Below, in pieces: positions 10,174 through 20,297 of a stretch of DNA of 64,000 bases; position 1 is the first letter of the stretch, and every line of letters starts with the position of its first letter. A program made the position numbers and the translations under genes. Under the pieces are notes generated by a model. The model searched no databases. It was not told where the DNA came from and was given only the letters and a program-made list of their open reading frames with translations. The DNA is from an uncultured Phycisphaeraceae bacterium (lineage in GTDB: Bacteria; Planctomycetota; Phycisphaerae; Phycisphaerales; UBA1924), in NCBI GenBank assembly GCA_964352615.1, contig CAYGSG010000007.1, positions 2,315-66,314 of the forward strand. Direction: 5' to 3'.

Positions 10174-12795
10174 TTAATCAGCGGGCAAGAAAACCCACAA
10201 CGCGGGCCTGCCGCAGTTGCAGTGCACCGCGCGGCCAAGTAGACCAAGCCCGGACGCGCTGAGGTAAACCGCGCTGCGAGCGACATCCCAATAGCCGCGC
10301 CTATAATTAGCGCGTGGGCCATCGAGGCGGTTGTGCACACTCGGAATCGGGTGGAAGATCGTCTCGACAATCGAGGGGCGGCTTCGCTCCCCGTCCTGAA
10401 GGTCGTCGACACAGCGCATGGTTCTCTCGATGACGCCTCGATCGAACCCTGCCACCCGCAGTTGCTGGTCGATCTCGGCGACGCCCGATCGCGACAACGT
10501 AGGGAGTATGAGCAGCCCGAAGAACGACCACATCGTGAAGAGCAGGCTCAGCTCGACGATGCCATGAGCGCGGGCGAGGTTCTCGGACCCCACGATCGCT
10601 GCGGCGCAGGCGAGCCCGAACCAAGTAAAGAGCAGGGCGACAATGCGGCCCCGCCGCCACCCACCTGTCCGCACGACGCTGTTGCGTCGCGCTTCCGCAA
10701 TGCCAAAGCTTTCAGGCCCCAGCAACTCTCGCCAGCGCTCGGGCAGGACACTTCTCTTTGGCCAAAGCACCCCAACTATTCCGCCGGTGAATCCCTCGTC
10801 GTTGCTCGATACGCAGACGGTGGGCACGACACCGGCGGAGTCATCACGCAGAGTCTTAACCGGAGTCGATGGACCAAGTGATGCGACGGCTCTCGCGAGC
10901 GGCGCACGGGTCCAGAGGAGCAATAACGATACCGCTCCACCGGCGCCCAACACACCCCACAGCCCCGCAGCCTGCCCAGACAGGAGCAGCCCCGCACCGA
11001 TCAGGATCAGGACCATGCTCTGCACCACTGCGCCACGGGCAAGGCCCACAAAAAATCTCCCCAGCGACGGATGCAAGCGTCCGTATCTGCGTGGCAACAG
11101 ATACCCGCCGAAGAGATCGAATGGCAAGTGCAGCATCGCATATGACAGCACAAGCGCGAGCAGAAGTCCGAGTTGTCCTGCGAGCGTCTCGGGAAAGAGG
11201 GATGCCGCCCGCTCCGGCAGGCCCGTTGCAAGAGACAGGCTCGTTAGTGTCACGATCGTCCCCACTGCGGACATCCCGAGCCAGAGCCGGGCGCGCCCAT
11301 AGCCGTCGGAGGTCTCGGGTCTCTGGTCAGTTGGATCGGGGCTGCTGCGCTCCGCGACTTTCTTGATGCCGCGGAGCATTCCGCCGAAAACGATGTTGTG
11401 CAATGGGAGCACGCAGTACCAGTAGAGAATCCCGAGCAGCCCCTTGGGCCGGAACCGCGCGGTCATGGTGAGTTCCGTGGTCCGCGCCGTCTCCGCCGGG
11501 TCGAGTGAGAAGTTGAGCGTCGCCTGACCGGGGAGCTTCATCTCGGCGAGCAGCGAGAGCGACCGGTCCTCTTCCAAACCGATAACCCGCCAAAAATCTA
11601 ACGTCTCGCCGAACTCGACACGGTCCAGATCCCTTCTCCCACGACGTAGCCCGGGCCCTCCGACCAGCGTGTCCATCCAACCCCGGATCCGCCAGAGCAC
11701 GTCACCGGCGTACCAGCCGTGGCCTCCGCCGATCCGGCACAACGCGCGGAATACCTTGTGCGGATCCGCGTTCACGACGATCGAGCGTTCGTCCTTAAAC
11801 GTGGTACCACCGGCCCAGTCCGGATCACCCAGGACAGGGCCAGCCACGGACCAACGCGTCTCGACGTCGTTTGCCCGCACCCTGACCAACGCCTTGCGGA
11901 TGGCCTCCCGGGCGCCGAGCGCATGATGCGGCATCAGGTGCTGGACCTCGTCGCTCGTGACGACCACGCGGTTCCGCAGGCCTTCGGCGAGCGGCCGCGC
12001 GATCCGGTATGACACCGGCGTGACCAGGCCAATCCAGCCGGAGCTCAGGCGCGGGGTCAGGACCGGCAGCGGGATGATGACTCGGCGTGGGAGCGCGAGT
12101 TCCTCGGCCATTATCCGCATCAGCTCGCGGTAAGGCAGCACATCGGGTCCGCCGATTTCGAGCGTTTTGCCCGCCGTCTCGGGTGTCGAAAGGCATCGCA
12201 CTAGCCAGTGCAGCACGTCGGCGATGGCAACAGGCTGTGACTCGGTCTTCACCCACGAGGGGGTGACCATCACGGGGAGCCGTTCGACGAGGTATCGCAG
12301 GATCTCGAATGATGCAGATCCGGAACCAATGATCATCGCCGCCCTAAACACGGTTAATGGCACGCCGGTAGAGGCGAGCACGCGTTCTACTTCACGACGT
12401 GAGGAAAGATGCTCGCTGAGTCCAGAGCCCAGTTCGCCAAGTCCACCCAGATAGATGATCCGATCGACCCCTGTCGCAGCGCTCGCTCCAGCAAAAACCC
12501 GAGCGAGCCTCTGGTCTCGCTCGACGTACTCCGTGCCGCTGGTTTCCATCGAGTGCACCAGGTAAAAAGCCGCGGCACAGCCCGCTAGCTGATCGGTAAG
12601 CGACGCCTCATCCGAGAGGTCGCTCTCTTCGACTGATACGTCCTGGTGGTTCCGCCACCGCCGCCGATCGAGCTTCCGTCGATCGCGCACGATACAACGA
12701 ACGCGGAATCCGGCCTCCAGTAGGAGAGGCACAAGCCGACCACCGACGTAGCCCGTCGCGCCGGTCACCGCGATGAGAGGGCGCTCGCTTGTCAT
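10174..12795 (-). CDS. fusion protein: NAD(P)-binding SDR/NmrA-like + DUF2867-like + polytopic M48-like domain lacking HExxH
   Basis: N-terminal IAVTGATGYVGGRLV is a Rossmann GxxGxxG motif. The C-terminal half has several TM segments, LPFDLFGGYLLPRRYG (like the M48 N-terminal region), SRSGVAEIDQQ and FHPIPSVHNRL (like M48 distal motifs). AEARRN stands where HExxH is expected. Confidence 0.7.
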   Translation of the reverse strand: MTSERPLIAVTGATGYVGGRLVPLLLEAGFRVRCIVRDRRKLDRRRWRNHQDVSVEESDLSDEASLTDQLAGCAAAFYLVHSMETSGTEYVERDQRLARVFAGASAATGVDRIIYLGGLGELGSGLSEHLSSRREVERVLASTGVPLTVFRAAMIIGSGSASFEILRYLVERLPVMVTPSWVKTESQPVAIADVLHWLVRCLSTPETAGKTLEIGGPDVLPYRELMRIMAEELALPRRVIIPLPVLTPRLSSGWIGLVTPVSYRIARPLAEGLRNRVVVTSDEVQHLMPHHALGAREAIRKALVRVRANDVETRWSVAGPVLGDPDWAGGTTFKDERSIVVNADPHKVFRALCRIGGGHGWYAGDVLWRIRGWMDTLVGGPGLRRGRRDLDRVEFGETLDFWRVIGLEEDRSLSLLAEMKLPGQATLNFSLDPAETARTTELTMTARFRPKGLLGILYWYCVLPLHNIVFGGMLRGIKKVAERSSPDPTDQRPETSDGYGRARLWLGMSAVGTIVTLTSLSLATGLPERAASLFPETLAGQLGLLLALVLSYAMLHLPFDLFGGYLLPRRYGRLHPSLGRFFVGLARGAVVQSMVLILIGAGLLLSGQAAGLWGVLGAGGAVSLLLLWTRAPLARAVASLGPSTPVKTLRDDSAGVVPTVCVSSNDEGFTGGIVGVLWPKRSVLPERWRELLGPESFGIAEARRNSVVRTGGWRRGRIVALLFTWFGLACAAAIVGSENLARAHGIVELSLLFTMWSFFGLLILPTLSRSGVAEIDQQLRVAGFDRGVIERTMRCVDDLQDGERSRPSIVETIFHPIPSVHNRLDGPRANYRRGYWDVARSAVYLSASGLGLLGRAVHCNCGRPALWVFLPAD

Positions 12796-13069
12796 TGGCC
12801 TCGCCCCGCCTTGGTTAGCGAAGGCATGAGCCAGCCCAGCGGCCCGGCGGGACGAGGGATGATGCGGAACCGAAGATAACTTCCGACGCGAACATGAACG
12901 ACCAGACCTTCGAGGGGCATCAAACCGCTTGTCCGTGATGCCGAGGACCAGATACGGTGTACTAGGCGGACCTGAGAGAGGTCAGCCAGACGGAGCGTGA
13001 CCTTGCTCCCACTCATCTCGCTTGACCACGGCCGACCGTTAAGCGTTCCCGCCAAACGGCCGACCAGCG

Positions 13070-13282
13070 TCAGTTTGGGCCTGTAGCGCCGTCCGACGTG
13101 CGGATCTTGACTGAGCCGTCCAGGACCCACTTGGCGTGCTCCGCCTTCGCGCCCGTTCCACTCGGGATCTGGACCTGCATGTTCGAGAACTCGTATGTGA
13201 TCTCGGCGTTGCGACCGGTCAGCCGGTCATAGAGGCCGATGGCGAGATCGGGCCAGGACTTGGTGTGCTCAGTATCGCTCAT
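13070..13282 (-). CDS. small conserved-looking hypothetical protein (70 aa)
   Basis: MSDTEHTKSWPDLAIGLYDRLTGRNAEITYEF... is preceded by AAGGGA 6 nt upstream of ATG 13282. The track ORF extends to 13399, but that extension looks non-coding. Confidence 0.4.
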   Translation of the reverse strand: MSDTEHTKSWPDLAIGLYDRLTGRNAEITYEFSNMQVQIPSGTGAKAEHAKWVLDGSVKIRTSDGATGPN

Positions 13283-13331
13283 GATATTTCCCTTTTGATA
13301 GTGATGAGACCGCGGTGCTGTTTCTTGGAAG

Positions 13332-13565
13332 TCAGGTTTGGATGTCAAGTGATCCGTCAAGCATGCCGCACCGGGCAAGAAACTGCTCGGCGGCCTCAAC
13401 CTCGATCAGCGTGAAATCACAGAACGAATTGGGTTGGTCCGCGTGCCCCATCAGCTTCGAGGGAGACGATACGAGCGGATGGCCGCCAAGTTCGGCGAGA
13501 CCACGGAGCACGGCATCGACCGCATTGCAAAGTCGATCGGCAGGAACAAGCTCGTTAGGATTCAT
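13332..13565 (-). CDS. hypothetical protein (77 aa)
   Basis: Track ORF only, with no motif recognised. Confidence 0.25.
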   Translation of the reverse strand: MNPNELVPADRLCNAVDAVLRGLAELGGHPLVSSPSKLMGHADQPNSFCDFTLIEVEAAEQFLARCGMLDGSLDIQT

Positions 13566-13754
13566 GCTACCGAGTTCGCCGCATCAACGAGCTTGGATTC
13601 ATCGCCAGAAACGGTAAAGCCCCTTTCCCCAACTCATGGGCCATCATCAACGAAGTCTGCTACGCACGACGACATCACTGGCCCTGACTGGCCGTATCGG
13701 GTCCCAGTTCCTCTCCCGGCGTGCCCCTTGGCCGAGTCCTCGCGGCTGTGAATC

Positions 13755-16295
13755 GTGATCCAGCCATCCGACGAACAATCCCGTATGGACCCTTGTCTCC
13801 AAGCCGCGCGATTCTTGCCTCCGCATCTTCTGACACGAGCGCGGCGGCTGAACGATTGCCCGGTCAGGAATGAAGGGAAGTTCGTTCTTTGCTGGCTCCA
13901 TCACGCGATCCGAGATCACGAGAACCCGGCACTCGATGTCGCGGTCACGCTCGGAAACGCGATCGGTCGGCCGGTGCTGGTCTATCAGGGGCTCGCCGGC
14001 CGGCATCGCTTCAACAGCGACCGTCACCACGTCTTCATCATGGAGGGGGCACGCGACCTTCAGGCTGGCCTGGCAGATCGAGGGATCGCGTATGCGTTTC
14101 ACCTGCCGCAAGACCTAGGCGCGCCGAGCCCGCTCTTCGGTCTGCTCGATCGAGCGTCGGTACTTGTCACCGAGGACTTCCCAGCGCCACCCTTTCCTCG
14201 ATGGACTGCCCGCTGGGCGTCTGTCGCCCAATGCGCTGCAGTGGGAGTCGACTCCGCGTGCATCATGCCGCTCCGTCTGCTGAAGAAGCGTTACACACGT
14301 GCCTTTGCGTTTCGCAAGGCCGCCCAGCCCGAGTGGAGTGCGCATCTTCGCGAGCCGTGGGCAGATGCTGAGCCCAAAGAGCCGCAGATCAAGCTGAACG
14401 AGGTCGGGCTCGGATTCAAACCGATTGATCTCGAGCAAGAAGATCTACCGGCCCTCGCTGCGACGTGCACCATCGATCATGCGACACCGCCAGTCCAGCG
14501 CATCGCCGGCGGCAGCGCCAGCGGCTATGCGCGGTGGGATGACTTTCGTACGGGTTCACTCCGGCGCTATGACAATCGCCGCAATGACGCTGCGGACATG
14601 GAGGCCGTGAGTGGCTTGTCTCCGTACCTGCATCACGGGCACGTCTCGCCATTTCGGATCGCGCGCGAGGCGAACGCACTTGGCGGAAAGGGATCGGAGA
14701 AGTTTCTTGACAAACTCTTGGTCTGGCGGGAGCTGGCTTTCAACTTCTGCGTGCACACGCCAGAAGAAGAACTTGGATCACTCGGCGCTCTTCCTGATTG
14801 GGCGCTTCGCACGCTTGGTGAGCACGCCGACGATCAACGCGATGCAACCTACTCCTGGGAAACGCTGGCTCGAGGCACGACGGGCAGTGAACTCTGGAAC
14901 CTTGCCCAGCGGTCGCTGGTCCAGAACGGCGAGTTGCACAACAACCTGAGGATGACCTGGGGCAAGGCCATCGCGGCGTGGTCGCGTTCGCCCGAGGTCG
15001 CCCTCCGAAACCTGATCGATCTCAATCATCGCTACGCGCTCGACGGCAGCGATCCTAACTCGTACGGCGGACTGCTCTGGTGCCTCGGGCAGTTTGACCG
15101 ACCTTTCTCGCCGGAGCAGCCGGTGCTCGGCACGGTTCGCGGCCGCTCGGTCGAACAGCACGCCGAGCGTCTGTCGCCTCCCCGATACGCGGCCGCCGTG
15201 GAGGCTCGCTGGGGATTCGATCCGATCCGGGTGGCGGTCGTGGGGGGCGGTGTCTCTGGCCTGGCTTGTGCCCGAGTGCTGCAAGAACAGGGCTGCCCGG
15301 TGACGGTGTTCGATCGTGGGCGAGGACCTGGCGGGAGAATGGCGACCCATATCCCGCGAGATGCGGACTCTCCAGAGTTTGATCATGGTGCACCGTACTT
15401 CACCGTTCTCGACCCGAGGTTCGGTCGGTATGTTCGGTCGTGGATCGAGGGCGGTGTGTGTGATCGATGGACCGCGAGGCAAGGACGCTGGGTGGACGGC
15501 GTGCTCGAAGCTGTCGAGACCGAGGCGCCGCTTATCGTGGGCAAACCGTCGATGACCACCCTTTGTGGGCATCTGGCGGCGGATCTTAACTTGCAAGTCT
15601 CTTCCACGGTCACCGCGATCCGCCGCGACGCTGACGGTTGGACGCTCGCGTGTGACGGCGATCAGGATCACGGGCGCTTCGACGCGGTCGTGCTAGCGAT
15701 GGCGCCGGAGCAGGCCGCTCGGCTTGCGGGAACCTCCGAGGCCTCCTTCGACGCGGAACTGGGATCGCTGTCCAGCATCCCTGTCTGGGCCGGGCTGTTC
15801 GGCGTGATCGGCCTGAGTGATGAGTTGCCGGACGACCTCGAAGTGGTCGGTGACGAGGCGATCGATCGGATCATCCGAAACGAGCGAAAGCCGGGGCGCG
15901 TGAGCACCGGTGCCCTCACCGTACACGCCCGCTCGGATTGGTCCGCTGCGAGGCACGACGTCGATCGAGAGGTGATCGCGGCGGAATTGGCGGAGCACAC
16001 ACGACGGATCCTCAGCGACGTCACGGGACGCACTGTCGAACCGGATTGCTTCTCGCACAGCCGGGCTCACCGATGGGGCCTCGCCCGTCCCGCCGAATCA
16101 TCCCCTCAGCCCTGCCTCTTCGATCGCGCTGCTCGGCTCGTCGTGTGCGGTGACGGATTCGGTGGTTCGGGTGTCGAAGCGGCTTTTCTCAGCGGACGCG
16201 CCGCGGCCGGGAGGGTGCTCTCGCTCCGCCCCCCGCGGGCGAATGAGCCGGCCACTGCAGGTACCGAGTCGCTGTTCGAGGGTGAGACACAGTGA
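13755..16295 (+). CDS. class II CPD photolyase fused to a C-terminal NAD/FAD-dependent oxidoreductase (renalase/COG3380-like)
   Basis: The N-terminal ~480 aa carries [27 protein letters not shown] and [29 protein letters not shown], as I recall for class II photolyases. The C-terminal half opens with [38 protein letters not shown] (dinucleotide-binding fold). GTG start at 13755, with an alternative ATG at 13785. Confidence 0.8.
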   Translation: MIQPSDEQSRMDPCLQAARFLPPHLLTRARRLNDCPVRNEGKFVLCWLHHAIRDHENPALDVAVTLGNAIGRPVLVYQGLAGRHRFNSDRHHVFIMEGARDLQAGLADRGIAYAFHLPQDLGAPSPLFGLLDRASVLVTEDFPAPPFPRWTARWASVAQCAAVGVDSACIMPLRLLKKRYTRAFAFRKAAQPEWSAHLREPWADAEPKEPQIKLNEVGLGFKPIDLEQEDLPALAATCTIDHATPPVQRIAGGSASGYARWDDFRTGSLRRYDNRRNDAADMEAVSGLSPYLHHGHVSPFRIAREANALGGKGSEKFLDKLLVWRELAFNFCVHTPEEELGSLGALPDWALRTLGEHADDQRDATYSWETLARGTTGSELWNLAQRSLVQNGELHNNLRMTWGKAIAAWSRSPEVALRNLIDLNHRYALDGSDPNSYGGLLWCLGQFDRPFSPEQPVLGTVRGRSVEQHAERLSPPRYAAAVEARWGFDPIRVAVVGGGVSGLACARVLQEQGCPVTVFDRGRGPGGRMATHIPRDADSPEFDHGAPYFTVLDPRFGRYVRSWIEGGVCDRWTARQGRWVDGVLEAVETEAPLIVGKPSMTTLCGHLAADLNLQVSSTVTAIRRDADGWTLACDGDQDHGRFDAVVLAMAPEQAARLAGTSEASFDAELGSLSSIPVWAGLFGVIGLSDELPDDLEVVGDEAIDRIIRNERKPGRVSTGALTVHARSDWSAARHDVDREVIAAELAEHTRRILSDVTGRTVEPDCFSHSRAHRWGLARPAESSPQPCLFDRAARLVVCGDGFGGSGVEAAFLSGRAAAGRVLSLRPPRANEPATAGTESLFEGETQ

Positions 16296-16693
16296 CGGCG
16301 CACGAACCAAAAACATGCGTTGTCTGCGGCCGCCAGATCAAGTGGCGAAAGAAGTGGGAACGCGACTGGAACACCGTGAAGTACTGCTCGAAGTCCTGTC
16401 GTTCACGGAAGCTCAGCGGTACCGATATCGAGCTGGAGGAAAGGGTTCTGGGTCTCTTGGCCGCTCGTTCTCGCGGGGCAAGCATCTGTCCAGGCGAAGT
16501 GGCACGCGCGATCAGTCCCGATTCCTGGAGCGACTTGACGGAGCCGGTTCGGATGGCCGCTCGTCGACTTGTTGACGCTGGAAAGGTCGAGATCACGCAA
16601 CGGGGTCACGCGGTGGATCCTTCGGCCGCCCGCGGGCCGATTCGGATCCGATTGTCGGACCGACCTTCGAGAGCAAAGCAGGAACTAAAGTGA
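16292..16693 (+). CDS. DUF2256 zinc-ribbon + DUF3253 fusion protein
   Basis: [29 protein letters not shown] is the DUF2256 signature. The C-terminal ...[10 protein letters not shown]...[24 protein letters not shown]...RGPIRIR is DUF3253-like. The GTG start overlaps the photolyase stop (GTGA). Confidence 0.75.
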   Translation: MTAHEPKTCVVCGRQIKWRKKWERDWNTVKYCSKSCRSRKLSGTDIELEERVLGLLAARSRGASICPGEVARAISPDSWSDLTEPVRMAARRLVDAGKVEITQRGHAVDPSAARGPIRIRLSDRPSRAKQELK

Positions 16694-16723
16694 GCGAACT
16701 TGCACCACCCGCGTGAAGGGAGG

Positions 16724-18283
16724 CTAGCCGTTCACGTCGCCGATCCCCATCTGCTCACGCAGTGACCTTGCTGACACGGTGATCTCCACCTTCTCCTCGT
16801 CCGTGATCCGGTCAAGGTTCTTAAGCATCATCGTCATGCGTGTATTGGCGCGAAACCTTGATTCGTTCCGCAACAAGAAGTCCCAGTAGAAGACATTAAA
16901 CGGACATGCGCCCTCGCCAGAACGCCTCTTCACGTCGTGCGGGCAGTGCTTGCAGTAGTTGCTCATCCGCTGGATGTACTTTCCGCTCGCCGCGTACGGC
17001 TTGGTGCCGACCACGCCGCCGTCGGCGTGCATCGCCATACCAATCGTGTTCGGGGTGGTGACCCACTCCACCCCGTCGGCGTACATCCCGAGGTACCAGT
17101 CGTTGACGGCCCCGGGGTGAATCCCGGCGATCATCGCGAAGTTGCCCGTGACCATCAGCCGGGAGATGTGATGCGCATAACCAAGGTCGAGCACATCCTC
17201 GATCGACTCGCGCATGCACCGCATGTCGGTCTCGCCTGTCCAGTAAAAATCTGGTAGCGAGCCGTGCTGACCGAGACCGTTCCGCTGCTCGTAGTCCGGG
17301 CCCTCGAAGAAGTACACGCCCCGGATGAACTCGCGCCAGCCGATGATCTGTCGCACAAAGCCCTCGACAGCGTTGATAGGGGCGCGGCCTGATTCGTACG
17401 CCTCGACCGCCGCGGCGACGAGTTCACGCGGATCGAGCAACTTGAGGTTGAGCGGGACCGAGATGATGGAGTGGTAGAGCGTCATCTCGCCAGTCCACAT
17501 GGCGTCCTGATAGTCGCCAAAGAACGCGAGGCGGTGATCGACGAAATCGTGCAGCGACTCCAGCGCCTGCGCACGAGTCACGGGCCAGATCCATCTGCCG
17601 GAACGACCTGGCAAATCGGGCAGATGCTGCTTGATGTCAGCGAGAACGCCCAGGGTGATGTCGTCGGGAGGGAACTCCGGGACGGGCGGAGGACTGGGAG
17701 CGGTCTTGAAAGTCTTGCGATTCTCTTTGTCGAAGTTCCAGGCCCCGCCGGCAGGGTCCGCGCCGTCCATCAGAACGCCGAGCCGTTTGCGCATTGACCG
17801 GTAGAAGTACTCCATCGTCAGAGACTTCCGCCCTGAGGCCCATTCGGCGAATTCAGAAGCCGAGCACAGGAAGTGCGGGTCGGTAATAGTCTCAAGTTCG
17901 ATACCGGCCGCGCCACACGCGGATTGAAGCGCCCGACTCACGGCAAACGACCCCGGCTCGATACTCACCGCGGTGTTCGGACGAAGCCGTTCGATCGCTC
18001 GTCTGAATTCACCGTCGAACGTCTGAGTGTTTTCGGCGTCGCCCAGTTGCACATACTCGACCCTCCAGCCAGCCTCCCGCAGCAACGCGGCATGATGTCG
18101 CATGGCAGAGAGGAACGTTGCGGTTCGGATGATGCTGCTGGCGGGGGACCGCGAAGCCTCTGCGACCTCAACCATGACGATGACGTCACGGTCGGGATCG
18201 AGACCTATCGCTCCGGGATAGGCCAAGTCGAGTTGATCACCTAATATGATCGCGAGCGTTCGAATGGGGCGAGACTTGGGCAT
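16724..18283 (-). CDS. cryptochrome/photolyase family protein, FeS-BCP ((6-4) photolyase PhrB/CryB type)
   Basis: The N-terminal RTLAIILGDQLD and overall layout fit COG3046-type proteins. There are four clustered Cys (MRCMRE..., then CKHCPHDVKRRSGEGACPFNVFYWDFL), as in the 4Fe-4S site of this family. Confidence 0.85.
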   Translation of the reverse strand: MPKSRPIRTLAIILGDQLDLAYPGAIGLDPDRDVIVMVEVAEASRSPASSIIRTATFLSAMRHHAALLREAGWRVEYVQLGDAENTQTFDGEFRRAIERLRPNTAVSIEPGSFAVSRALQSACGAAGIELETITDPHFLCSASEFAEWASGRKSLTMEYFYRSMRKRLGVLMDGADPAGGAWNFDKENRKTFKTAPSPPPVPEFPPDDITLGVLADIKQHLPDLPGRSGRWIWPVTRAQALESLHDFVDHRLAFFGDYQDAMWTGEMTLYHSIISVPLNLKLLDPRELVAAAVEAYESGRAPINAVEGFVRQIIGWREFIRGVYFFEGPDYEQRNGLGQHGSLPDFYWTGETDMRCMRESIEDVLDLGYAHHISRLMVTGNFAMIAGIHPGAVNDWYLGMYADGVEWVTTPNTIGMAMHADGGVVGTKPYAASGKYIQRMSNYCKHCPHDVKRRSGEGACPFNVFYWDFLLRNESRFRANTRMTMMLKNLDRITDEEKVEITVSARSLREQMGIGDVNG

Positions 18284-18523
18284 GATTCAAATAAGGATGT
18301 AGCGGGCTTCATGCCGCGTTTTGGGAGATGCCTACGGAGCTCCCAGTCGATCCGATGGATGTGAGCCTGCGATAGGTTGCAGTGAGGCGTGTGTTCGTAT
18401 CTAAGTGGATGGCATTGACCGACCGAAAGTATCCAGTCTAGCTACTTCGAGGCAAGGCTTACAGAAGCACTCATCTGGCCGGCGAGTTGGAACATCGATG
18501 CCTTTGTCAGCTCCAGGCTCGAC

Positions 18524-19042
18524 CTAGCGGCCAGTGAGCAGTTTGGTGAGGTCTTCGAGGATGAGGTAAAGGCAGGGCACGAGAAGGAGGATGATCGCGG
18601 TGGCGAAAACGATGCCGAAGCCAAGGCTGATCGCCATAGGGATAATGTACTGGGCCTGCAGCGATGGTTCCAGGATGATTGGAGTAAGGCCCAGGAACGT
18701 CGTCACGGTGGTCAGAAATATAGGCCGAAAGCGCCGGATTCCTGCTTCGTAGATGGCTTCTAAGGCGGAGCCGCTGGCTCGCTTGCGATTGGCGTATTCG
18801 ATCATGATGAGCGAGTCGTTGACGACGACGCCGGTGAGCGCGATGACGCCCATGAAACTGATAAGCGAGAGGTCGTACCCCAAGAGGATGTGGCCGATGA
18901 CCGCTCCGACGATCCCAAATGGAATGGCGACCAGAACCAGCAGCGGCTGGACATAGTGACGGAAGGCGATTGCGAGAAGCGCGTAGATGACCACCAACGC
19001 CAGGACGAAGCCAGCCCACAGGTTGCTAGTCGCCTCACGCAT
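18524..19042 (-). pseudogene. RND efflux transporter (AcrB/CzcA superfamily), C-terminal ~170-aa fragment only
   Basis: The sequence ...[19 protein letters not shown]...[22 protein letters not shown]...[22 protein letters not shown]... matches the last TM bundle (TM10-12 region) of RND pumps. The ~850 aa that should precede it are absent. Confidence 0.8.
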
Positions 19043-19456
19043 TTCGGCGTCGCTGCCTCTCTTGCTCCACTCCCATCAACCGGAGTGGGCCAGAAGTTTG
19101 TCCGCTGCCTTACGCGGCATCCAGGCGGGATTTCGTAACGCTGAGACCGGATCCGCCAGCCGCTGACCACCCCGGACGCACCGCCGGTGCAGCCTGATTC
19201 TGGATTCAACCCCTCCTCTCTGCCCGTCCATAACGGCATCACTTGCCTGAGTGCCGAGTTCTGCTTCAGCGGGTGTCCATGATACGATGAGCGGCATAAG
19301 GGCGGTATCGATTGTGCCACACGCGGTGCGCGTCGAGGCGACGCTGGATGGCACCCAACCCCATCGGCATCGCCGAGCGCCGCGCCCATTCCATTGACAT
19401 CTCGGAAGACCCGCTCGACCTTCGCGCTGAACTGCCATGTCCGGGCCTGGCAGCGA

Positions 19457-19747
19457 AAGCGCGGCCGCCTCTGGCTCAACGACGGGTCGTGCGTAAGGCT
19501 GCGGGCCGAGCACAAGGACCACGTGTGGAGCTATGACTTCGTGCAAGGCAGAACGCACGATGGGAGATCATTCAGGATGCTGACGGTGATCGATGAGTAC
19601 ACGCGTGAGTGTTTGGCGATCGACGTAGCGAGAAGACTCAAGAGCGATGATGTGCTGGAGCGTCTGGCGTGGCCGATGGCGACGCGCGGTGTACCCGAGC
19701 ACATCCGATCCGACAACGGCGCGGAGTTTACGGCCAAGGCCGTGCGT
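19457..19747 (+). pseudogene. internal fragment of a second, diverged IS3-family OrfB
   Basis: [51 protein letters not shown]...[15 protein letters not shown] is collinear with 5985-6270 of the intact IS. There are ~9 aa differences in ~97 aa, and roughly 80% nt identity by eye. The similarity stops abruptly at 19747. Confidence 0.8.
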
Positions 19748-19953
19748 GCCTCGATCGGTTCGTCGTCTTTGGCACGGATCATTTCGATCATCTCGTCGAA
19801 GAATACCTCGAGCACTACCACGAGGAGCGGCCGCACCAGGGGCTTGGCAACCGACTCATCCTCGAACGCGCACCGCCGGGCTCAGAATCAGCTATCGTTT
19901 GCGAATCTAGGCTCAGTGGAGTGCTCAAATCCTACCGCCGTGAAGCCGCCTGA
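19747..19953 (+). pseudogene. C-terminal fragment of a different rve-family (IS481-like) transposase
   Basis: The other frame reads CLDRFVVFGTDHFDHLVEEYLEHYHEERPHQGLGNRLI...GVLKSYRREAA, the typical C-terminal tail of IS481-type integrase-core transposases. It is joined directly to the IS3 fragment. Confidence 0.6.
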
Positions 19954-20042
19954 CGAGGAGCGGACGACTATTTGACCCCCTGACGACAACTGTTCTGCGG
20001 TCACGGATTCATCTCTTGACCGGTTTCGGACCACTGCGGGCG

Positions 20043-20297
20043 CTATTCCAAAGTGTCGCGATCAAGCCATGTTGAAGGGTCGGAAAGTAGTTGCCCCAAC
20101 ATGTACCGACAGGCGCCTAGTTCGGTCCTAAATGCTCTCTTGCCTTTCTCATGCCCACGCTCACTGTAATACACGCTCCAGCCGGCAGCTGAATGAGATA
20201 ACACATAACTTTCGCTGGGATGACCTCCTTTCAGTGAATAACTCGATGGGTCAATCATGTGCGATTCTAGTTGCTCAATGAGAACGTTTTTGTTCAA
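20043..20297 (-). CDS. candidate immunity protein for the adjacent TNT-type toxin
   Basis: 84-aa ORF whose TTG start overlaps the toxin stop (TTGA). An alternative ATG lies at 20258. It is small, acidic and cytoplasmic-looking (…GWSVYYSERGHEKGKRAF…), and the DNA is A/T-richer. Confidence 0.5.
   Translation of the reverse strand: MNKNVLIEQLESHMIDPSSYSLKGGHPSESYVLSHSAAGWSVYYSERGHEKGKRAFRTELGACRYMLGQLLSDPSTWLDRDTLE

Noticed and set aside
12792-13130. 112-aa minus-strand ORF between the SDR fusion gene and the small 70-aa gene.
   Set aside because: It overlaps both neighbours' ends, has an Arg/Leu/Ser/Gly-rich composition and carries no motif. It is more likely intergenic.
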